64,000 nt of DNA from a virus (IMGVR_UViG_2843449061_000008:1-64000), one strand, 5' to 3'. Shown: positions 18,246 through 28,333, counted from the first letter of the stretch. A program made the numbers and translations. Notes: generated by a model not told the origin, from the sequence alone.

Positions 18246-19865
18246 ATGGCACGCAAGGCCAAGGACAACCCCACCAACATGGCGGACGAAGACGTCGCCG
18301 ATCAGCTCCGACAAGCGTCGAGCGATCTGGTCGACGCGCAGGAGGCCTTGGAAGCCGCCCGCGCGCCGATCAAGGAAGCCAAGGGCCTGATCAAGGCCAC
18401 CGGCATCGACTTCGATATCTTCCGGCTCTGCCACGGCATCCGTCACCTGGACGATGATGCCCAGCGGCAGAAGCGCATCAAGAAGCTCCACGTCGCCATG
18501 CACGCGCTGCTGGGCGATGTGGTGAAGCTCGACCTGTTCGGCTTCACCACCAGCATCAAGCCGGCGGTGAAGAAGGCCCTGCAGCAGGCCAGCGACGATC
18601 TGGCCAAGGCCGAACCTCCGGCCCCGCCGCCCGAGATGGACGATGCGGACGAGAGCGATTCGTCTGATGCGCCGGCGACCGAGGCTCCGCCCCAGACGCC
18701 CGACGACGAGCCGGCTTCGGAAGACCCGCCCCCGCTGGTCGCCGCGGAGGACATGCCCGAAGGCGCGGGCTTCGCCTTCAACAACGGCAAAACGGCCGGC
18801 AAGCAGGGTCACGGTCCCGACGCCAACCCGCACGACGCCGAGACGCCGGAGCACGGGCTGTGGGAGCGGGGCCGGGTGGCCGGTGCCGCCTGGGCGTCGC
18901 GGTTCTTCGCTGGCGAGGGCCTGGAGACCGGCGACCATGCGGTGATGTGCCAGGACGAGGGCGGCATTGTCGTCTTCCGCCATGCCGACGCGGAACTGGT
19001 CGCCCGCTGCACCGATGCGCTCAACGCCGCACAGGCCGCCGCGGACGAGATGCTGTCCCCGGCGCAGATCCGTGACGTGGTGCACCCCTGCCTTGCCGAT
19101 CCGGAGGGCAACTTCGGCGTGGTGTTCGAGGGCAAGTTCGCGCCGGATGCGGAAGAGCAGGCGCCCGCCGCCCCGGCCGCCGAGAAGGTCAAGTTCACCG
19201 GCAGCGCGAAGCAGCAGCGTATCGAAGCCTACTTCTTCGGCTACGACGGCGCCGCCGCGGGCACGCCGCTGGAGGTGCTGACCAAGGGGCGCCGCGGCGA
19301 GCCGAAGGCGAAGATCGAAGCCGGCTATCGCGACCAGCAGGCCGGAGCCGAGCCGAAGCACGAGCGTCCGGCGGCGAAGGCTCCGGTGGAGGAGCAGACC
19401 GCCAGCGAGGAGACGGAAGCCGCCACGGGCACCGAAGGGCAGGGCGAGGCGGACGCCGTCGAGCCGAACTTCGATGACCAGGGCGTGACCGACGCGGAGA
19501 ACGGCGGCTCCGAACCGGCCGATGAGCCGGGCGAGGCCGACCAGCAGGGCGACGATGAAGCCGGGCAGGCCGAGGCCGAGCTGGAAGCCTGGGCCCCCGA
19601 GCAGGGGCGCGTCGGCGTTCAGCAGGACGGCGCCACAGGCCAGTGGGTGCTGTTCGACCTGAAGGAGCATCAGCCGCTTGTCGACGCGCCGGGTCCGAAC
19701 TCCGGCGAGACCTGGGCGAACCAGATCAACGGCTACTTCGCCGACCGCCTGGGCGACGTGCCGCGCGCCGAACTGATCACCGCGGCGAAGACGCTGGCGA
19801 TGGGCCGCCTGCTGTCGGCTGCTCGCCCGGCGCCGACCGACTCCAACATGTTCGCGGCGGTCTGA
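18246..19865 (+). CDS. Acidic multidomain protein: GapR/DUF2312-like N-terminus plus RMF-like motifs
   Basis: IKEAKGLIKATGIDFDIFR..IRHLD; FNNGKTAG..G...NPH...W.RG. Confidence 0.6.
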   Translation: MARKAKDNPTNMADEDVADQLRQASSDLVDAQEALEAARAPIKEAKGLIKATGIDFDIFRLCHGIRHLDDDAQRQKRIKKLHVAMHALLGDVVKLDLFGFTTSIKPAVKKALQQASDDLAKAEPPAPPPEMDDADESDSSDAPATEAPPQTPDDEPASEDPPPLVAAEDMPEGAGFAFNNGKTAGKQGHGPDANPHDAETPEHGLWERGRVAGAAWASRFFAGEGLETGDHAVMCQDEGGIVVFRHADAELVARCTDALNAAQAAADEMLSPAQIRDVVHPCLADPEGNFGVVFEGKFAPDAEEQAPAAPAAEKVKFTGSAKQQRIEAYFFGYDGAAAGTPLEVLTKGRRGEPKAKIEAGYRDQQAGAEPKHERPAAKAPVEEQTASEETEAATGTEGQGEADAVEPNFDDQGVTDAENGGSEPADEPGEADQQGDDEAGQAEAELEAWAPEQGRVGVQQDGATGQWVLFDLKEHQPLVDAPGPNSGETWANQINGYFADRLGDVPRAELITAAKTLAMGRLLSAARPAPTDSNMFAAV

Positions 19866-19869
19866 TCCG

Positions 19870-20328
19870 ATGGCAGCCCCGCAACAGAAATGGGTCTGGG
19901 GCGAACTCTTGGCCCGGTTCGTCATCCCCGGCGAACCGGCCGCCAAGGGGAACAGCCGTGAGATCGTCCAGTTTGGCGATCGGGCCGCGCTGCGCAAGGG
20001 CGACAAGGCGCTCGCCTTCGAATCGACCGCCGGCCTGCATGTCCCGAAGTGGGAGGAGCCCTACGATGGGGACGTGGCCGTTTCCCTGCGCATCTACTAC
20101 GCCAGCCGCCGGCCCGATCTGGACGGGAGCCTCGTTTACGACGCCCTGCAGAACCGCACGACCTGGATCGGGAAGGGCGAGGAGCGCAAGGCCCGCGTCG
20201 AGAAGCGGCTGATCGTCAACGACCGCCAGATTCGGCTGAAGCACGAAGAGGGGTTCGTCGATCCAGCCCGCCCGCGGGTGGAGGTCGCCGTCTACAAGGC
20301 GACGCTGGTGCTGGCAGGTGCCGCATGA
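19870..20328 (+). CDS. RusA-like Holliday junction resolvase
   Basis: IPGEPAAKGN, RRPDLDG..YDAL, NDRQI, PRVEV. Confidence 0.85.
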   Translation: MAAPQQKWVWGELLARFVIPGEPAAKGNSREIVQFGDRAALRKGDKALAFESTAGLHVPKWEEPYDGDVAVSLRIYYASRRPDLDGSLVYDALQNRTTWIGKGEERKARVEKRLIVNDRQIRLKHEEGFVDPARPRVEVAVYKATLVLAGAA

Positions 20329-21698
20329 AGCTCCGTCCCTACCAGCAAAAGAACGCGGACGAGATCCTGGCGTGCTTGGCGCGCGACGTCCGCGGCACCC
20401 TCTATGTCCTCCCAACGGCCGGCGGCAAAACGGCGGTCGTGGTGCGCGGCGTCATCCGTGAGGTCGTCAACCTCGGCTGGCCCGTCGTCTTCCTCGTCCA
20501 CCGCCGCGAGCTTCTGCACCAGTCCGTCCGCACCCTGGCCCGCGTAGGCATCCAGGCTTCGGTGGTTGATCAAGACCATGATCCGGACCCCCTCGCGCTG
20601 GTCCACGTCTGCTCCATCGACACGCTGAAGGCCCGCAAGAAGCGGCTGGCCGGCTGGCTGCGCACGATCCGACTCGTCGTCATCGACGAGGCCCACCACA
20701 CGGTGGCGCCCGGCTGGCAGGCCCTGCTGGAGGAGATGATCAACGCGCAGCGCGTCGGCGTCTCCGCCACCCCCTTCCGCGGCGACGGCAAGCCGCTGGG
20801 CGCCCTGTTCGATGAAGTGGTGCGCGGCCCGAACGTGGCCGAACTGACTCCGGAGTGGCTGTGTCCGGCGGAAGTCTGGGCGCCTTGGACTCCTGACCTG
20901 TCGTCGGTGACGATCAGCCGGGGCGACTATGTCGCTGCCGACCTTGACCGCGTGATGAACAACGATGCGATCACCCAACTTGCGGTCAAACAGTACGCCG
21001 CCCGAATGCTTGGCGAACCGGCCATCGCTTTTTGCGTCTCCGTCGATCACGCCCGGCACGTCGCCCGGCAGTTCAAAGCCATCGGCGGCTGGAACGCGAT
21101 TTCGGTCGATGGCGACATGGACCCGGATGAACGTGACGCGGCGATCAGCGGCCTTGCCAATGGCCGCTATCAGGTCCTGACCTCCTGCGAGATCGTCAGC
21201 GAGGGCACCGATGTCCCGGTGGTTGCCGGGGCGATCCTCCTCCGCCCGACCAAGAGCGTCCTGAAGTACATGCAGCAGGTCGGGCGCGTGCTCCGCATCT
21301 GCCACGGCAAAACCCGCGCCTGCATCATCGACATCGCCGGCAACGTCGAACTCCACGGCCTGCCCGAGGCCGATCGGGTGTGGACGCTGGAAAGCGGGCT
21401 GGTTCCGCAGGTCCACCGCACGATCCGGTGCCCGAAGTGCCACCGCCGCTTCGCCCCCGGCCCGTTTTGCCCGAGCTGCCGCCACGAGTTCCGCTATTGG
21501 GATCGGCCCGCCGTGCCGCTGCTGTCCACCCTGGCCGACAGCATGATCCGCACCATGCTGGTGGCGGATTTGGAGCGCATCGCCACCAACGAAATGGACC
21601 TTCGCCGCATCGCGCGGGTGCGGGGCTTCAATCCCGGGTGGGTGCATCACGCAACCCAGCGCATGCGCGAACGGCAGAACGACCGGAGGCGCGCATGA
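20325..21698 (+). CDS. Superfamily II DEAD/DEAH helicase (YejH/RadD-like)
   Basis: LRPYQ, PTAGGKT, DEAHH, SATPFR, SEGTDVP, QQVGR; Zn ribbon. Confidence 0.92.
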   Translation: MKLRPYQQKNADEILACLARDVRGTLYVLPTAGGKTAVVVRGVIREVVNLGWPVVFLVHRRELLHQSVRTLARVGIQASVVDQDHDPDPLALVHVCSIDTLKARKKRLAGWLRTIRLVVIDEAHHTVAPGWQALLEEMINAQRVGVSATPFRGDGKPLGALFDEVVRGPNVAELTPEWLCPAEVWAPWTPDLSSVTISRGDYVAADLDRVMNNDAITQLAVKQYAARMLGEPAIAFCVSVDHARHVARQFKAIGGWNAISVDGDMDPDERDAAISGLANGRYQVLTSCEIVSEGTDVPVVAGAILLRPTKSVLKYMQQVGRVLRICHGKTRACIIDIAGNVELHGLPEADRVWTLESGLVPQVHRTIRCPKCHRRFAPGPFCPSCRHEFRYWDRPAVPLLSTLADSMIRTMLVADLERIATNEMDLRRIARVRGFNPGWVHHATQRMRERQNDRRRA

Positions 21699-22471
21699 CC
21701 ACGGCCGCCGACATCAAGGCCGCCCTGCGCCGCGCCTACGCGGCCCCGGCCTACGCCATCCTGTTCGAGGTCGCCAGCTCGACCGGTGCCAACAGCCGGC
21801 GCTATGCCGACGCGGTGGCCATGTCGCTCTGGCCCAGCCACGGCATGCACGTCACCGGCTTCGAGATCAAGGTCTACCGGGGCGACTGGCGCCGGGAACT
21901 GGCTGATCCGACCAAGGCCGAGAGCATCGCCGCCTATTGCGACTATTGGTACGTCGTCACGCCCGAGAAAGGCGTCATCGCCGATGCTGAGGAACTGCCC
22001 ACCGCCTGGGGCTGGAAGGTGCTCGGCGCCGACGGCGTAATCCACACCAAGAAGCAGGCCCAGCTCACTGAGGCCAAGCCGCTCGACCGGCTGTTCGTCG
22101 CCGCCATGCTGCGCAACGCCCACAAGACCGACGATGCGCAGATCGAGGCCGAGGTCAAGAAGCGCCTCGGGCCGCTGGTGGAGCATGAGGTGGACTGCCA
22201 GACCAGGCAGTACCGGCACCTGAAGGAGTTCCGGGACAAGCTGTCCGGCCTGCTGGGTGAGGACGAGGCGCGCTATTTCTGCGACACCGAACTGCTGGCC
22301 GCCGTCGCTGCGGTTCACAAGTCCGGCCTCATGAAGTCCTGGGGCGGCCTCTCCACCGTGCTGTCCGCCTCGGAATCCGTGCGCGACGCCATCGAGCAAC
22401 TGCGCGGCGTCCTGATCGAAAACGGGTTCCGCGATCCGGAGCCGAAGAAGACTGGCAGGAGGCGCGGATGA
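21695..22471 (+). CDS. MmcB-like PD-(D/E)XK nuclease-fold protein
   Basis: FEV..STG...ADAVAMSLWPS...GFEIKV.R.DW..EL..P.K. Confidence 0.75.
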   Translation: MTTAADIKAALRRAYAAPAYAILFEVASSTGANSRRYADAVAMSLWPSHGMHVTGFEIKVYRGDWRRELADPTKAESIAAYCDYWYVVTPEKGVIADAEELPTAWGWKVLGADGVIHTKKQAQLTEAKPLDRLFVAAMLRNAHKTDDAQIEAEVKKRLGPLVEHEVDCQTRQYRHLKEFRDKLSGLLGEDEARYFCDTELLAAVAAVHKSGLMKSWGGLSTVLSASESVRDAIEQLRGVLIENGFRDPEPKKTGRRRG

Positions 22472-23511
22472 CGGTGAGCATCATTACCGGGGACTGCCGA
22501 GAGCGGCTCCGCGAACTGCCGGATGACTCCGTGCAGTGCTGTGTCAGCAGCCCGCCGTATTTCGGACTGCGCGACTATGGCGTGGATGGGCAGATCGGGC
22601 TTGAAGAGACACCCGAAGCCTTCGTGGCTGAATTGGTGGCGGTGTTCCGTGAGGTACGCCGCGTCCTGCGGCCAGACGGCACGCTATGGCTCAACCTGGG
22701 TGACAGCTACGCCAACGACGGCAAGTTCGGCGGCGCGACTGGAGGGAAGCACAGCAAGTGGCTCCACGGTGGCGAAACGCGGATTGGCCGGGAGAAGCGG
22801 CGCACGGGCCTGAAGCCGAAGGATCTCATTGGCATCCCGTGGCGTGTGGCCTTCGCCCTCCAGGCGGACGGCTGGTATCTGCGCCAGGATATCGTTTGGG
22901 CTAAGCCCAACCCCATGCCGGAGAGCGTGACGGATCGCTGCACGAAGGCGCACGAATACCTGTTCCTGCTGTCAAAGACCGACCGCTACTTCTTCGACGC
23001 TAAGGCCATTGCCGAGCCGGTTTCGGGTGACCCAGAGTCCTCCCGCAATCGCTGGGATGCGAAGGATTATGCTGTCCCCGGCCAGAAGCCGCAGAAGCGA
23101 GTCAGCCGCAGCGGCAATAAGGCGCGGAAGCCGGGCTTAGCACGCGGCTGCCCAAACGGAACCGGTCAAAATGTTTGTGGCTCCGTTCCATGGGAAGGAT
23201 CGACGCGCAACAAGCGCTCCGTCTGGTCGGTGGCCACCAGTCCATTCCCGGATGCGCATTTCGCGACCTTCCCGCCGGCCTTGATCGAGCCATGCGTCCT
23301 GGCCGGCAGCAGGCCGGGCGACACTGTGCTGGACCCCTTCGGTGGGGCAGGCACCACCGGGCTTGTGGCCGACCGGCTCGGGCGTGACGCGGTGCTGATC
23401 GAACTGAACCCGGAATACGCCGCGCTCACCCGCCGGCGGATCGCGTCCGACGCCGGCCTGTTCGCCGACATCACGAATCATCAATCGCACCAGCCGGAAA
23501 CGGCGGAGTGA
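22468..23511 (+). CDS. Beta-class N4-C/N6-A DNA methyltransferase
   Basis: SSPPY before VLDPFGGAGTT. Confidence 0.92.
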   Translation: MTVSIITGDCRERLRELPDDSVQCCVSSPPYFGLRDYGVDGQIGLEETPEAFVAELVAVFREVRRVLRPDGTLWLNLGDSYANDGKFGGATGGKHSKWLHGGETRIGREKRRTGLKPKDLIGIPWRVAFALQADGWYLRQDIVWAKPNPMPESVTDRCTKAHEYLFLLSKTDRYFFDAKAIAEPVSGDPESSRNRWDAKDYAVPGQKPQKRVSRSGNKARKPGLARGCPNGTGQNVCGSVPWEGSTRNKRSVWSVATSPFPDAHFATFPPALIEPCVLAGSRPGDTVLDPFGGAGTTGLVADRLGRDAVLIELNPEYAALTRRRIASDAGLFADITNHQSHQPETAE

Positions 23512-23726
23512 ACCCCATGCAAGATCCCAAGCTCGAACTCACCAACTCCAGCCTGATAACCAGTCGCGTCGTCCTCCACGACGTGCCCGGCCAGCCGCTT
23601 GCGGTCGCTCTGCACGATGCCGATGATCAGTCCCTCAAGTTTGAACTGGAGCCGCTCGACGCCCTGGCGTTCGCGGTGGACCTGATCACCTCGGCCCGGC
23701 GCCGGCTGGCGGGAGGTGGGCTGTGA
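23508..23726 (+). CDS. Small hypothetical protein
   Basis: Overlap-coupled on both sides. Confidence 0.55.
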   Translation: MNPMQDPKLELTNSSLITSRVVLHDVPGQPLAVALHDADDQSLKFELEPLDALAFAVDLITSARRRLAGGGL

Positions 23727-24931
23727 GCCGCGCCCAAGCAACCCTCTTCGACGGCGCCCGCCTTCACAAGGACGATGCCGTCGAACTGACCATCCAGAGC
23801 CTGATCGCCCACGCCTACACCCACGATCATTGGGGGCTGGCATGGAGCGGCGGGAAGGACAGCACGGCCATCCTGACGCTGCTGGTCCACCTGATCGACA
23901 CGGGCAAGATCCGTCGCCCGAAGACGCTGACCGTCTTCTACGCGGATACCCGCCAGGAACTGCCGCCGCTGGCCATCGCCGCGCAGCGCATTATGGACCA
24001 GCTCCGGGCACGCGGGATCGCGGTGCAGGTGGTGACCGCGCCGCTCGACAAGCGGTTCCTGGTCTACATCCTGGGCCGGGGCGTGCCGCCGCCGAACAAC
24101 AACACGCTCCGCTGGTGCACGCGCCAGATCAAGGTGGACCCGATGACCGCGGCCATCGAGCAGCAGCTCGCGGCCATTGACGGCACCTTCCTGATGATCA
24201 CCGGCGTCCGCATGGGCGAGTCCGCCGCCCGCGACCAGCGGATCGCGCTGAGCTGCGGCAAGGACGGTGGGGAGTGCGGACAGGGCTGGTATCAGCAGGT
24301 GCTGCCCAACGCCAAAGGCATCCGGGGCCGCATCGCCACGCTGGCTCCCTTGCTGCACTGGCGGGTCTGCCACGTCTGGGAGTGGCTGATGTTCGACGCC
24401 CACGCCGCCGGCTGGGCCACGGCCGACATCGCGGACGCCTATGGCGGAGACGAGGCGGAGGAGATCAACGCCCGGACCGGCTGTGTCGGCTGCCCGCTGG
24501 CCCAGAGGGAGAAGGCGCTGGAGTCCATCCTGAAGGCGCCGAAGTGGGCCTATCTCGCGCCGTTGCAGGGGCTGAAGCCGCTTTACCGTGAGCTTCGCGA
24601 ACCGCGCCATCGGCTGAAGAAGACCGGTCTGAACGCGGACGGCTCGCTGGCCCGCGCCAAGAACCGGCAGCGCATGGGACCGCTGACCTTCGAAGCCCGC
24701 CTGATGGGGCTCGATCGGGTTCTGGGTATCCAAGCCGCCTGCAACGTCGAAGCGGCTCGGCTCGGCAGGCCGATTATCGACCTGCTGAACGCGGAGGAGG
24801 AAGCCCGCATCCGCGAGCTGGTCGCCGCTGAGACTTGGCCGAACGGCTGGGAAGGCGACGAGCCGACCGGCGACGTTCCCCTCGACATGATCTACGGCGA
24901 CGGCTCCGTGCAGCCGCTGCTGGTGAGGTGA
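23723..24931 (+). CDS. PAPS-reductase-family (DndC-like) protein
   Basis: PP-loop SGGKDS, WCTRQIKV.P, GVRMGES..R, GCVGCP. Confidence 0.85.
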   Translation: MSRAQATLFDGARLHKDDAVELTIQSLIAHAYTHDHWGLAWSGGKDSTAILTLLVHLIDTGKIRRPKTLTVFYADTRQELPPLAIAAQRIMDQLRARGIAVQVVTAPLDKRFLVYILGRGVPPPNNNTLRWCTRQIKVDPMTAAIEQQLAAIDGTFLMITGVRMGESAARDQRIALSCGKDGGECGQGWYQQVLPNAKGIRGRIATLAPLLHWRVCHVWEWLMFDAHAAGWATADIADAYGGDEAEEINARTGCVGCPLAQREKALESILKAPKWAYLAPLQGLKPLYRELREPRHRLKKTGLNADGSLARAKNRQRMGPLTFEARLMGLDRVLGIQAACNVEAARLGRPIIDLLNAEEEARIRELVAAETWPNGWEGDEPTGDVPLDMIYGDGSVQPLLVR

Positions 24932-24934
24932 GCC

Positions 24935-25435
24935 ATGACCGCGCTGACCCGCAACATCTCCATCCGCGCACTGGCCCGTGACGACGTGCCGGAGGTGATC
25001 GACCTCCTCCAGTCCTGCCACCGCCGGCCGGACGGCACAGTGCCCCCGCGCTACTGCGAATCGGCCCTACGCAGGATGCTCTACGACGCCACCGCGGCCA
25101 TCTGCCCGCACGGCTCCAATGTGCTGGTGGCGTTGGTCGACGGCGACATCGTCGGCGTGGTGGCCTACCGCTCCGCCTTCATCTCAGCGCTGGGCTGGGA
25201 GATCGCCTATTGGGGCACGTCGCCCCGTCACCAGGGGCACGGGGTTGGTGGGCGCCTCCTCGATGCGGCGCTCACGCAGATCCGTCACGGCGCCGCACCT
25301 GATCACTTCGTGCTGGTCCGCACCGCCCATCCAGCCGCCTTCGCGCGGCGTGGGTTCCACCCGCTGCCCGAAGATGCGGCCCTGATGCGGGCGCAGGTCC
25401 GGGGATTGCGACTGGCCGCGCTGGAGAGTGCGTGA
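24935..25435 (+). CDS. GNAT acetyltransferase
   Basis: Motif A HQGHGVGGRLL; F.RRGF. Confidence 0.82.
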   Translation: MTALTRNISIRALARDDVPEVIDLLQSCHRRPDGTVPPRYCESALRRMLYDATAAICPHGSNVLVALVDGDIVGVVAYRSAFISALGWEIAYWGTSPRHQGHGVGGRLLDAALTQIRHGAAPDHFVLVRTAHPAAFARRGFHPLPEDAALMRAQVRGLRLAALESA

Positions 25436-25686
25436 TGCCGGGGCGCCGCTACTTCCCGTGCCCTCGCTGGACGGCTGGCCAAAAGCGCCGCGCCGAGCGG
25501 GATCACCTCGCCGGCAAGGTCGAAGCCGTCACGGCGCCGACCATCGGGCGGAGCGTCGCCGCGGTGCGGACGAAGATTGCCCGCATGGGCTTGCCCAAGG
25601 CGCCGGCCGACAGCCGCCAAGGCTTGCTGATCGCCGACGGCGGCCCGGCCAGCCCCTCGACCTCAACCCCTGAGAGGCGGTCATGA
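25432..25686 (+). CDS. Small HTH-like protein
   Basis: IGRSVAAVRTKIARMGL. Confidence 0.45.
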   Translation: MMPGRRYFPCPRWTAGQKRRAERDHLAGKVEAVTAPTIGRSVAAVRTKIARMGLPKAPADSRQGLLIADGGPASPSTSTPERRS

Positions 25687-26675
25687 ACACGCCTTCGCAG
25701 CCTCATCCTCTTGTACCATCGGACGTCGACCTGCGGGACTTCCCGCACACGCCCTTGTTCCGGCATGCGCTGTTCAGCTCGACCTTCCACGCCCATGCCA
25801 CCGCCGAGGAATGGCGGGCCGGGGTCACGCTCTGGCTGAAGTCCTGGGATCAGGTGCCGGCGGGGACCCTGCCTGCAAACGACGTCGACCTCTGCCGCCT
25901 CGCTGAACTTGGCCGCGATATGCGGACGTGGCTGGAGGTGCGGGAGATGGCGCTGCACGGGTGGTTTCTGTGTTCCGACGGTCGCCTTCACCACCGCATA
26001 GTGGCTGAGGGAGTCTTGCACGCGTGGAAAAGGAAGCTGGAGCAGCGGTGGAAAACCGTGTGCTCCAGCATCCGCAAAGCGAACCAGCGGGCCGAAAAGC
26101 GTGGCCTGCCGAAGCAAGATCTGCCGACCTTCGAAGAGTTCTTGGCCCAGCGGGATGCCGATTCCCGCGCTCGCGCTCAACATCAGCCCGATCATGCCGT
26201 TGATCTGGCTGATGCTGCCGTGCCGTCGGCGGATGAGGTGGACGAGCTGCATCAGGACGAGGCCGAAGACGACGGCCGGGACGAACCGTTGAGCCCTGAG
26301 GACAAGGGGGCGCCCCCGACCAAGCCGAAAGCGGAGCACGTCCGCATCGGCGAGAAGGTCGCCAAGGTTATGGGCGTTGACAACGATCCGAACTGGTTCG
26401 GCGACTTCGGCCTGATCATCGCTTGGCTGAAGCAGGGGGCCGACGAGGGCCTGATCATAAACGAGGTGACGCGGATCATGGCCGGCTGGAGGGGGCAAGG
26501 GCCGCCGGGGTCGCTTGTCTACTTTGACAAACCAATTGTCCGGGCCATTGCCACCCGCAACCGAACGCTCCCCGAGATATCCGATGTCCAACGATCTGGT
26601 TCCGACCGCCGCCGCCAATCTCACAACCGATTTGAGGCCATCGTTGAGCGGGACCTTGCGGGAGGCTCTGGCTGA
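25683..26675 (+). CDS. DUF1376/YdaU-like replication initiator
   Basis: DLRDFP, LW..SW.QVPAGTLP..D..L.RL, GW..CSDGRL.H..VAE. Confidence 0.82.
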   Translation: MNTPSQPHPLVPSDVDLRDFPHTPLFRHALFSSTFHAHATAEEWRAGVTLWLKSWDQVPAGTLPANDVDLCRLAELGRDMRTWLEVREMALHGWFLCSDGRLHHRIVAEGVLHAWKRKLEQRWKTVCSSIRKANQRAEKRGLPKQDLPTFEEFLAQRDADSRARAQHQPDHAVDLADAAVPSADEVDELHQDEAEDDGRDEPLSPEDKGAPPTKPKAEHVRIGEKVAKVMGVDNDPNWFGDFGLIIAWLKQGADEGLIINEVTRIMAGWRGQGPPGSLVYFDKPIVRAIATRNRTLPEISDVQRSGSDRRRQSHNRFEAIVERDLAGGSG

Positions 26676-27282
26676 CCAGCAGGACGGTGCGATGGTCGAT
26701 GGGGTGTGGGTGATGCGCCTTACCGACTGGAAGCCACCCGCGGTCATCCCCCTGGAGACGCAGCAGCAGGCCGTTGCCGCTGTGGCGTGGCTCCGCGACC
26801 GGTCAGCGCCGGTGCCTGTGCATGTCGCCGAGCGGTGGGTTGCCCACCTCGCGAAGCGCATGGCTGGGGAAATGCCGTCTGAGACGAAGCTGGCCACCGC
26901 CGTGACGGACATCGTCGAGGAGGGCTATCCGGCGGCCATGTTCCAAGACCTGGAGATGCTCCGCCGCGTCGCCCGCCAGTTCAAATGGTTCCCCGGCTGG
27001 GCCGAACTCGCCCCGGCGCTGGATGCCGAACGCGACCGTCTGCGGCAGACCTTCGAGCGGCTGGCCGTGATCGCCCGCGGGGGAGACGTGCGCCGCCGGC
27101 CTGGCAATCAGAACCGTCGGCAGCAGGATGACAGCCCGGCAGGCCCGCGCTCCATGAGCGAAAGCACGGAACGGCTCATGGAGGAGTTCTGGGCAAAGAA
27201 TGGCGGGCGCCCGGTGCGTCGGAAACCGGACGAAACCTTCACCAACGAGCAAGACGACACCCACGTGGGGAACGCGCGATGA
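26584..27282 (+). CDS. Hypothetical protein (position of helicase loader / lambda P analogue)
   Basis: Directly follows and overlaps the initiator; FKWFPGWAEL. Confidence 0.55.
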   Translation: MSNDLVPTAAANLTTDLRPSLSGTLREALADQQDGAMVDGVWVMRLTDWKPPAVIPLETQQQAVAAVAWLRDRSAPVPVHVAERWVAHLAKRMAGEMPSETKLATAVTDIVEEGYPAAMFQDLEMLRRVARQFKWFPGWAELAPALDAERDRLRQTFERLAVIARGGDVRRRPGNQNRRQQDDSPAGPRSMSESTERLMEEFWAKNGGRPVRRKPDETFTNEQDDTHVGNAR

Positions 27283-28277
27283 GCAAGAAGAAGACCAAAG
27301 CCCGCGTGCGCGATGCCCAGGCTGCCGCTCCAACTGGCCTGTCGGTCCCAGCGTTTTGGACCGCCGCCCCGGACCGACTGTCGAAGAACCTGAATGTGCC
27401 CGGCGTCTACACGTTCCGCGGCCCAGTTGACGGGCGCGAGACCGTTCGCCATTTCCGCGTCTCGCAGGTCGCTGGCGGTCTGCTGCTGACGGATGCGACC
27501 GAAGCGGTGGCGCTGGAGCTGGTCGAGCAGGCCCGCCAGAAGGTGGACGCGTCTGCAGCCGCTGAACGCGCCCGCGTCGCCCTTATCGGCGCCCGAAGCC
27601 CGAACGAGATCCGCGCCGCCCGAGGTGACGTGGTGGCTGAGCAGACCATGAAAGCCGGTGTGACCCGCGGCCGGGCGCTGACCTCGCTCGGCACCCTCCA
27701 GCAGCGCCACCTGCTGACCATGCGCCAGTTCGAGGCGGGCGACCGGCTGGCGCAGGACGTCAAGACGGTGGCTGGGGCGCGGGAGGCGCGGGATGATGCG
27801 GCGCCGGAATACTCTCCAATCGGCGGCAGGGCATGGGAGGATTTCGCCGTCGCCGCGGGCCGGAACCTGGAGCTGGTCAAGCGGGCGTGCAGTGACTTGC
27901 CTTGGTACGACGGCATAAGCCTGTGGACCATCGTGGAGGACATCGTGATCCACGAGAAAACCATGCGCGAAGCAGCAGGTGGTCGGTCTGCTGCTCAACA
28001 GGCCCGAGCAAAGACAGCGCTTCGCATCGCCCTAGATGTCGTGGGTGACGTTTACGAACTGCCCTACGAACTCCACCGCACAAACGTCCTATTCAACGGC
28101 GTCCCCGTCGAGATGCGCTATTGCGAAGACATCGACGGTCTCGACGAGGCAGGGGAGCCGAGGATCATCCCGCGCGCAATCAAGCTGCGAGGCAAGCGGT
28201 GGGTGGAGACGGCGCCCACGATGCCGAAGCTCTACGATCGAGCAAAGAAGTTCTTGGCCGCTGAAACGAATTTTTGA
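27279..28277 (+). CDS. Putative late transcriptional activator (DUF6456-like)
   Basis: L.TLQQRHLLT.RQFEAGDRL..D motif; last rightward early gene (lambda Q position). Confidence 0.55.
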   Translation: MSKKKTKARVRDAQAAAPTGLSVPAFWTAAPDRLSKNLNVPGVYTFRGPVDGRETVRHFRVSQVAGGLLLTDATEAVALELVEQARQKVDASAAAERARVALIGARSPNEIRAARGDVVAEQTMKAGVTRGRALTSLGTLQQRHLLTMRQFEAGDRLAQDVKTVAGAREARDDAAPEYSPIGGRAWEDFAVAAGRNLELVKRACSDLPWYDGISLWTIVEDIVIHEKTMREAAGGRSAAQQARAKTALRIALDVVGDVYELPYELHRTNVLFNGVPVEMRYCEDIDGLDEAGEPRIIPRAIKLRGKRWVETAPTMPKLYDRAKKFLAAETNF

Positions 28278-28333
28278 TTCCTAAAAACCCTCTCCAGGGT
28301 GGCCCAATAGCCGGGCTGGGGAGGGTGCCACAT

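Noticed and set aside
18150-20006. 618-aa antisense ORF; likewise 38322..40352, 42862..44994, 45021..46610, 46120..47895, 10283..11953 and 23627..25021
   Set aside because: Opposite well-supported genes, no motifs; typical high-GC artefacts.
23723-24931. Complete Dnd phosphorothioation system or sulfate-assimilation cysH
   Set aside because: No dndA/B/D/E, ssp or cys genes in the window.
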